Assembly (NCBI GenBank): GCA_036564175.1
Contig: DATCKZ010000012.1
Location: forward strand, 18,373 to 82,372
Direction of reading: 5' to 3'
DNA length: 64,000 nucleotides
Source of the DNA: Natronosporangium sp.
Lineage (GTDB): Bacteria > Actinomycetota > Actinomycetes > Mycobacteriales > Micromonosporaceae
The stretch's first letter is position 1; each line of letters begins with the position of its first letter. This document shows positions 58,010-64,000 of this stretch, one piece after another. The notes under the pieces were generated by a model. The model saw only the letters and a program-made list of their open reading frames with translations. It was not told where the DNA came from and ran no database searches. The translations under genes were made by a program, and so were the position numbers.

Positions 58010-58722
58010 GCGGGGACCGCCCAGCCGGGGGCACGACCACCGACGACCACGTGGGTCAAACCGGCGAGATCCGGGTGCTGATCGTCGACGACGACCCGCT
58101 GGTCCGGGCCGGGCTGTCGTTCATGCTCGCCGGCACCGAGGACATCCGGATCGTCGGCGAGGCGAGCGACGGCGACGAGGTGATGGCCGCGGTCGAGACC
58201 CACCGGCCGGACGTGGTGCTGATGGACATCCGGATGCCGCGGGTGGACGGGCTGGCCGCCACCGAGCGGCTGCGGCGGGCCGGCGACACCCCGCAGATCA
58301 TCGTGCTGACCACGTTCGACGCCGACGAGTACGTGCTGCGGGCGCTGCGGGCCGGCGCCGACGGGTTCCTGCTCAAGGACACGCCCCCGCCGCAGATCGT
58401 GGCGGCGATCCGGCAGGCCGCGGCCGGCGAGGCGACCCTTTCGCCGGCGGTGACCCGGCGGCTGATCTCGTACGTGACCGCCAGCGAGCCGGCCGGCGAC
58501 TCGCGGCAGGACCGGGCGCGGGCGCTGCTGGACCGGCTCAGCGACCGGGAGCGGGAGGTGGCGGTGGCGATCGGGCAGGGAAAGTCGAACGCCGAGATCG
58601 CCGCCGAGCTGTACATGAGCGTCGGCACCGTGAAGGCGCACGTGTCCCGGCTGCTGACCAAGCTCGAGGTGGCCAACCGGGTACAGATCGCGCTGGTCGC
58701 CCACGACGCCGGGTTGGCCTGA
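58006..58722 (+). CDS. NarL/LuxR-family response regulator
   Basis: IVDDD, LMDIRMP, LTTF, FLLKD; LSDREREV...SNAEIA...TVKAHVSRLLTKL. Confidence 0.93.
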   Translation: MSGDRPAGGTTTDDHVGQTGEIRVLIVDDDPLVRAGLSFMLAGTEDIRIVGEASDGDEVMAAVETHRPDVVLMDIRMPRVDGLAATERLRRAGDTPQIIVLTTFDADEYVLRALRAGADGFLLKDTPPPQIVAAIRQAAAGEATLSPAVTRRLISYVTASEPAGDSRQDRARALLDRLSDREREVAVAIGQGKSNAEIAAELYMSVGTVKAHVSRLLTKLEVANRVQIALVAHDAGLA

Positions 58723-58848
58723 CGCCGGCCTGCCCAGCCGGTACGCCGGGCCACGCCGGCCCCGCTCGTTGGGGAACCCGGCCGCCGGGTCGGGAACCCG
58801 ACAGGGGCCCGGCGGTTCGATCGCGCTGCGTGATCGCGATAATGCGGT

Positions 58849-59700
58849 ATGCGGTTCGTCCAGCCGGCGACGTGGCCGGAGGCGCTGGCGATGAAGGCCG
58901 CCGACCCGGCGGCGCTGCCGATCGCCGGCGGCACGGACGTGATGGTCGCGCTGAACTTCGACCGCACCCGGCCGGCCGCCCTGCTGGACCTGACCCGGAT
59001 CCCGGAGCTGACCGAGTGGGGCAGCGACGGCGACCGGCTGCGGATCGGCGCCGGGGTCAGCTACCGGCGGATCATCGACGAGCTGGCCGGCCGGCTGCCG
59101 GGGCTGGCGACAGCCGCCCGGACCGTCGGCTCACCGCAGATCCGCAACCGGGGCACGATCGGCGGCAACCTGGGGACCGCCTCGCCGGCCGGGGACGCCC
59201 ATCCGCCGCTGCTCGCGACCGGCGCGCAGGTCGAGCTCGCCTCGGTCCGCGGGATCCGGCGGGTGCCGATCCGGGAGTTCTTCACCGGCCCCGGCCGCAG
59301 CGTGCTCGCCCCCGACGAGCTGATCAGCGCGGTGCTGGTGCCGCCGCGGGCCGGCCCGCAGCAGTTCGCGAAGGTCGGCACCCGGAACGCGATGGTGATC
59401 GCGGTCTGCTCGTTCGGGCTCGCGCTCGACCCGGTCGCCCGCCGGGTCGGCACCGGCATCGGCTCGGCGGCGCCAACCCCGATCCCGGCGGTTGAAGCCG
59501 AGCTGCTCGCCCCCGAGCTGCCCTGGGACCCGCCGGGAGCGCTGCCGGATCCGCTGGTGACCCGGTTCGGCGAGCTGGTCGCCGCGGCCGCCGCGCCGAT
59601 CGACGACATCCGGGGGACCGCCGGCTACCGGCGGCACGCGCTGTCGGTGCTGGCCCGCCGGACCTTGCGGTGGGCGTGGGAGGAGTACCGATGCGGGTGA
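58849..59700 (+). CDS. Xanthine dehydrogenase family FAD-binding subunit
   Basis: AGGTD, GSPQIRNRGTIGGN, ASPAGD, PIDDIRGTA.YR. Confidence 0.9.
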   Translation: MRFVQPATWPEALAMKAADPAALPIAGGTDVMVALNFDRTRPAALLDLTRIPELTEWGSDGDRLRIGAGVSYRRIIDELAGRLPGLATAARTVGSPQIRNRGTIGGNLGTASPAGDAHPPLLATGAQVELASVRGIRRVPIREFFTGPGRSVLAPDELISAVLVPPRAGPQQFAKVGTRNAMVIAVCSFGLALDPVARRVGTGIGSAAPTPIPAVEAELLAPELPWDPPGALPDPLVTRFGELVAAAAAPIDDIRGTAGYRRHALSVLARRTLRWAWEEYRCG

Positions 59701-59707
59701 GCCGCCG

Positions 59708-60181
59708 ATGCGAGTGAGCTTCGTGGTCAACGGCGAGCCGCGGCAGGCCGACGGGGTCTGGGAAGGCGAGAGCCTGCTGTTCGTGCTCCGGGAGCGGCTC
59801 GGCCTGCCGGGCAGCAAGAACGCCTGCGAGCAAGGCGAGTGTGGCTCATGTACGGTCTATCTGGACGGTGAGCCGGTCTGCGCCTGCCTGGTGGCGGCCG
59901 GCCAGGCGCAGGGCCGCGCGGTGGTCACCGTGGAAGGGCTCGCCGCCGGTGACCAGCTCCACCCGGTGCAGCGGGCGTTCCTGGACGCCGGCGCGGTCCA
60001 GTGTGGCTTCTGCACGCCCGGGTTGGTGGTGGCGGTGCACGACCTGCTCGCCCGCAACCCGCACCCGACCGACCCGGAGATCCGGGAGGCGCTCGCCGGC
60101 AACCTCTGCCGGTGCACCGGCTACCAGCAGATCATCGACGCGGTCCGGCTGGCCGCGGCGACCGGCGGCGAGCGGCGATGA
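59708..60181 (+). CDS. Xanthine dehydrogenase family (2Fe-2S)-binding subunit
   Basis: CEQGECGSC...C, QCGFCTPG, NLCRCTGY. Confidence 0.93.
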   Translation: MRVSFVVNGEPRQADGVWEGESLLFVLRERLGLPGSKNACEQGECGSCTVYLDGEPVCACLVAAGQAQGRAVVTVEGLAAGDQLHPVQRAFLDAGAVQCGFCTPGLVVAVHDLLARNPHPTDPEIREALAGNLCRCTGYQQIIDAVRLAAATGGERR

Positions 60182-62448
60182 GCGCGCCGACCCGCGACCG
60201 GGTGGCCGGGGGAGTCGGGCAGAGTCCACACCGGCCGGACGGGACGCTGAAGGTGAAGGGGGAGTTCGGGTTCTCCTCCGACCTGTGGGCCGACGACCTG
60301 CTGTGGGGCGCGACGTTGCGCAGCCCGCACCCGCGTGCCCGGATCGGCCGGATCGACCTCACCGGCGCGCTCGCGCTGCCCGGCGTGTACGCGGTGCTCA
60401 CCGCCGATGACGTGCCTGGCCACCGGTACTACGGCCTGGAGACCCCGGACCAGCCGGTGCTGGCCATCGACGAGGTCCGGTACCAAGGCGAGCCGGTGGC
60501 GATCGTCGCCGCCGACCACCCGGAGACCGCCCGGCGGGCCACCGGCCGGATCGCCGTCGAGTACGAACCGCTGCCGCCGGTCACCGACCCCGAGGCGGCG
60601 CTGGCGCCCGGTGCGCCGCTGGTGCACGAGCGCGGCAACCTGGTCCGGCAGGTCCGGATCCGGCGCGGTGACCCGGCCGTCCGGGCGGAGGTCGTGGTCA
60701 CCGGCGACTACCAGGTCGGGATGCAGGACCAGGCGTTCCTCGGCCCTGAGTCCGGGCTGGCGGTGCCGGCCGAGGACGGCGGGGTGGACCTGTTCATCGC
60801 CACCCAGTGGCTGCACGTCGACCAGGCACTGGTGGCGGCCTGCCTCGGCCTGCCGCCGGAGAAGGTTCGGCTGAGCCTGGCCGGGGTCGGCGGCGCGTTC
60901 GGCGCCCGCGAGGACCTCTCGATGCAGGTGCACGCCTGCCTGCTCGCGCTGCACACCGGCCGGCCGGTGAAGCTGGTGTACGGCCGGGAGGAGTCGTTCC
61001 TCGGCCACGTGCACCGGCACCCGGCGAAGCTGTCCTATGAGCACGGTGCCGACCGGGACGGCCGGCTGGTATATGTCCGGGCCCGGATCGTGCTCGACGG
61101 CGGCGCGTACGCCTCCACCTCGGCGGCGGTGGTCGCGAACGCGGTCACCCTCGGGGTCGGGCCCTATCAGGTGCCGAACGTGTCGATGGACGGGTACGCG
61201 GTCTACACCAACAACCCGCCGTGCGGGGCGATGCGCGGGTTCGGCGCGGTGCAGGCGTGCTTCGCGTATGAGTCGCAGCTGGACAAGCTGGCCGCGGCGG
61301 TCGGGCTGGACCCGGTGGAAGTCCGGCTCCGCAACGCGATGGCCACCGGTTCGACGATGCCGACCGGGCAGGTGGTGGCGGGGCCGGCGCCGGTCGCGGA
61401 GCTGCTGCGCCGGGTCCGCGACGCGCCGCCGGCCCCGCCGGCGGTGCAACCGCCGGGTGGCCCGGGCAACACCAGCCACGGCGAGGCAGTGGTGCGGGGG
61501 GTCGGCTACGGCGTCGGCATCAAGAACGTCGGGTTCTCCGAGGGGTCCGACGACTACGCCACCGCCCGGGTGCGGCTGGAGGTGATCGGCGGCGAGCCGG
61601 CGGTGCTGGTGCACACCGCCGCCGCCGAGGTCGGGCAGGGGCTGGTCACCGTCCAGGCCCAGATCGCCCGCACGGAGCTCGGGGTCGAGCGGGTCACGGT
61701 CGCCACCGCCGACACCTCGGTCGGCAGCGCCGGCTCCACGTCGGCCTCGCGGCAGACGTACCTCACCGGTGGCGCGGTCCGCGCCGCCTGCCAGGCGGTC
61801 CGGGCGGAGCTGCTGGCCCGGCTGCCCGGTGGGCTGCCGGCCGACCGGCTGGCTCTGGCCGGCGGCAAGGTGGTGAACGCCGCCGACACGGTCGTCGCCG
61901 ACCTCGCCGAGCTGATCGGCGACCGGCCGATCGAGCGTACCGTCCAATGGCGACACCGACCGACCTTTCCGATCGACCCGGATACCGGGCAGGGCGACGC
62001 CCACCTGCAGTACGCGTTCGCCGCGCACCGGGCCACCGTCGACGTCGACCTGGAGCTGGGGCTGGTCCGGGTGGTCGAGATCGCCACCGCGCAGGACGTC
62101 GGGAAGGCGATCAACCCGGTCGCGGTGCTCGGGCAGATCCACGGCGGCACCGCCCAGGGGCTCGGGCTGGCGCTGATGGAGGAGATCCGGGTGGTGGGCG
62201 GTGAGATCCGCAACCCGTCGTTCACCGACTACTTGATCCCGACCATCGCCGACCTGCCCCCGATGCACGTGGACGTGCTCGAGCTCGGGGACCCGTACGC
62301 CCCGTACGGGTTACGCGGCGTGGGCGAGCCACCGACCGTCTCCGCCACCCCGGCGATCGTGGCGGCGGTCCGGGCCGCCACCGGCCGGCCGCTGTCCCGA
62401 GTCCCGATCCGGCCGGAACACATCGCCCTGGCCGGCCCGGCGCCGTGA
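60178..62448 (+). CDS. pucD: Xanthine dehydrogenase family molybdopterin-binding subunit (PucD-like)
   Basis: QDQAFLGPE, GGAFGARE, AMRGFG, STSASR, GVGEP. Confidence 0.85.
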   Translation: MSAPTRDRVAGGVGQSPHRPDGTLKVKGEFGFSSDLWADDLLWGATLRSPHPRARIGRIDLTGALALPGVYAVLTADDVPGHRYYGLETPDQPVLAIDEVRYQGEPVAIVAADHPETARRATGRIAVEYEPLPPVTDPEAALAPGAPLVHERGNLVRQVRIRRGDPAVRAEVVVTGDYQVGMQDQAFLGPESGLAVPAEDGGVDLFIATQWLHVDQALVAACLGLPPEKVRLSLAGVGGAFGAREDLSMQVHACLLALHTGRPVKLVYGREESFLGHVHRHPAKLSYEHGADRDGRLVYVRARIVLDGGAYASTSAAVVANAVTLGVGPYQVPNVSMDGYAVYTNNPPCGAMRGFGAVQACFAYESQLDKLAAAVGLDPVEVRLRNAMATGSTMPTGQVVAGPAPVAELLRRVRDAPPAPPAVQPPGGPGNTSHGEAVVRGVGYGVGIKNVGFSEGSDDYATARVRLEVIGGEPAVLVHTAAAEVGQGLVTVQAQIARTELGVERVTVATADTSVGSAGSTSASRQTYLTGGAVRAACQAVRAELLARLPGGLPADRLALAGGKVVNAADTVVADLAELIGDRPIERTVQWRHRPTFPIDPDTGQGDAHLQYAFAAHRATVDVDLELGLVRVVEIATAQDVGKAINPVAVLGQIHGGTAQGLGLALMEEIRVVGGEIRNPSFTDYLIPTIADLPPMHVDVLELGDPYAPYGLRGVGEPPTVSATPAIVAAVRAATGRPLSRVPIRPEHIALAGPAP

Positions 62449-62508
62449 CCGGGGTCGCGATCCACGGCGTACCTGGGCGCGGTCGGCGGTGGCTGGTAGA
62501 ACTGCAGG

Positions 62509-64000
62509 GTGGATAGGGCAGCGGTACGGGAGCGGGCCGAGGCGGTGCTCCGCCAGCTGGCCGGCGACGGCGCCCGGCTGCGGGACGACCAGTGGCGGGC
62601 GATCGAGGCGCTGGCGGTCGACCGGCGGCGGGTGCTCTGCGTCCAGCGCACCGGCTGGGGTAAGTCGGCGGTGTACTTCATCGCCACCGCGCTGCTGCGC
62701 GCCGACCGGGCGACCGGCCCGACCGTGATCGTGTCGCCGCTGCTGGCGCTGATGCGCAACCAGGTGGCTGCCGCCGCCCGGGCCGGCATCCACGCCCGCA
62801 CCATCAACTCGGCCAACCAGGAGGAGTGGCACGAGATCACCAACGCGATCGAGGGCGGCGAGGTCGACGTACTGCTGATCTCGCCGGAACGCCTCAACAA
62901 CCCGGACTTCCGCGACACCATCCTGCCGAAGCTCGCCGCCACCACCGGGCTGCTGGTGGTCGACGAGGCGCACTGCGTCTCCGACTGGGGCCACGACTTC
63001 CGGCCCGACTACCGCCGGCTGCGCAGCTTCCTGGCCGGGCTGGCACCGCGCACGCCGGTGCTGGCGACCACCGCCACCGCCAACGCCCGGGTGGTCGCCG
63101 ACGTGGCCGAGCAGCTCGACCCGACCGGTGACGCGCTGGTGCTGCGCGGGCCGCTGGACCGGGAGTCGCTGCGGCTGGCGGTGGTCACACTGCCGAGCCC
63201 GGCGCACCGGCTGGCCTGGCTCGCCGACCACCTCGACCAGCTGCCGGGTTCCGGCATCATCTACACGCTGACCGTCGCCGCCGCGGCCGAGACCGCCACC
63301 TTCCTGCGGACCCGGGGGTTCGCGGTCGCCTCCTACTCCGGGCAGGACGAGGACGCCGACCGGCGGGCGGCCGAGCAGGACCTGCTGGACAACAAGCTCA
63401 AGGCGCTGGTCGCCACCTCGGCGCTGGGGATGGGCTTCGACAAGCCGGATCTCGGGTTCGTGGTGCACCTCGGTGCCCCGCCCTCGCCGATCGCCTACTA
63501 CCAGCAGGTGGGCCGGGCCGGCCGGGCGGTCGAGTCGGCCGACGTGCTGCTGCTGCCCGGCGTCGAGGACGCGGCGATCTGGCGCTACTTCGCCTCGCTG
63601 GCGTTCCCGCCGGAGGAGCAGGTGCGCACGGTGCTCGACGTGCTCGCCCGGGCCGACCGTCCGTTGTCGACGGCGGCCTTGGAGCCGATGGTGGACCTGC
63701 GCCGCAGCCGGCTCGAGCTGATGCTGAAAGTGCTCGATGTGGACGGTGCGGTCCGGCGGGTGCGGGGCGGCTGGGAGGCGACCGGCCAACCCTGGCACTA
63801 CGACCGGGAGCGGCACCGCCGGATCGCGCAGGCGCGCACCGCTGAGCAGCAGGCGATGCGGGACTACCAGCAGACCGGCGGCTGCCGGATGGAGTTCCTG
63901 CGGCGCTGCCTGGACGACCCGCACGCACAGCGGTGCGGCCGGTGTGACACCTGCACCGGCCAGCCGTTCCCGGCCGAAGTCTCGACCGAGGCGCTGGCGG
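62509..64000 (+). CDS. recQ: RecQ-family ATP-dependent DNA helicase (partial, runs off the window)
   Basis: Not in the ORF track; read manually from GTG 62509: QRTGWGKS, SPER, DEAHCVSDWGHDFRPDY, ATSALGMGFDK, QQVGRAGR, Zn-binding CR...CGRCD.C. Confidence 0.9.
   Translation, partial: MDRAAVRERAEAVLRQLAGDGARLRDDQWRAIEALAVDRRRVLCVQRTGWGKSAVYFIATALLRADRATGPTVIVSPLLALMRNQVAAAARAGIHARTINSANQEEWHEITNAIEGGEVDVLLISPERLNNPDFRDTILPKLAATTGLLVVDEAHCVSDWGHDFRPDYRRLRSFLAGLAPRTPVLATTATANARVVADVAEQLDPTGDALVLRGPLDRESLRLAVVTLPSPAHRLAWLADHLDQLPGSGIIYTLTVAAAAETATFLRTRGFAVASYSGQDEDADRRAAEQDLLDNKLKALVATSALGMGFDKPDLGFVVHLGAPPSPIAYYQQVGRAGRAVESADVLLLPGVEDAAIWRYFASLAFPPEEQVRTVLDVLARADRPLSTAALEPMVDLRRSRLELMLKVLDVDGAVRRVRGGWEATGQPWHYDRERHRRIAQARTAEQQAMRDYQQTGGCRMEFLRRCLDDPHAQRCGRCDTCTGQPFPAEVSTEALA

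Noticed and set aside
62311-63924. 537-aa minus-strand ORF at the right end
   Set aside because: Shadow of the plus-strand RecQ helicase, which the ORF track missed because it has no stop codon within the window.

Overview
High-GC actinomycete chromosome segment (Micromonosporaceae-like by protein similarity, from recall; not verified). It has about 55 CDSs and no rRNA, tRNA, CRISPR array, integrase or transposase that I can see. The backbone is sufB(end)-sufD-Rieske-sufC-sufS-sufU-sufT, then an ABC-F ATPase, a small HTH protein, an enoyl-CoA hydratase, an AcnR-type TetR and aconitase. This gene set matches the M. tuberculosis suf to acn neighbourhood (Rv1461-Rv1475c). Accessory genes include a 1917-aa S8 protease with kelch repeats, GH3, GH16-like and GH94 (with a CebR box) carbohydrate enzymes, an MMPL transporter, an AlkZ-fchA-folD operon, malic enzyme, a PptH-like phosphoesterase, an ABC/two-component module, a xanthine dehydrogenase-type operon and a RecQ running off the right end. 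The most striking element is a four-gene cassette at 29070-32310, lying between acnR and acn. It encodes a BpsA-like (branched-chain polyamine synthase) aminopropyltransferase, an atypical GNAT and an FkbH-like glyceryl transferase fused to an acyl carrier domain, plus a convergent pyruvoyl SAM decarboxylase with a structured, riboswitch-like 5' leader. I infer a stand-alone, PKS/NRPS-free pathway to an acylated (possibly N-glyceryl) polyamine. All family calls come from motifs read by eye; no database searches were run.
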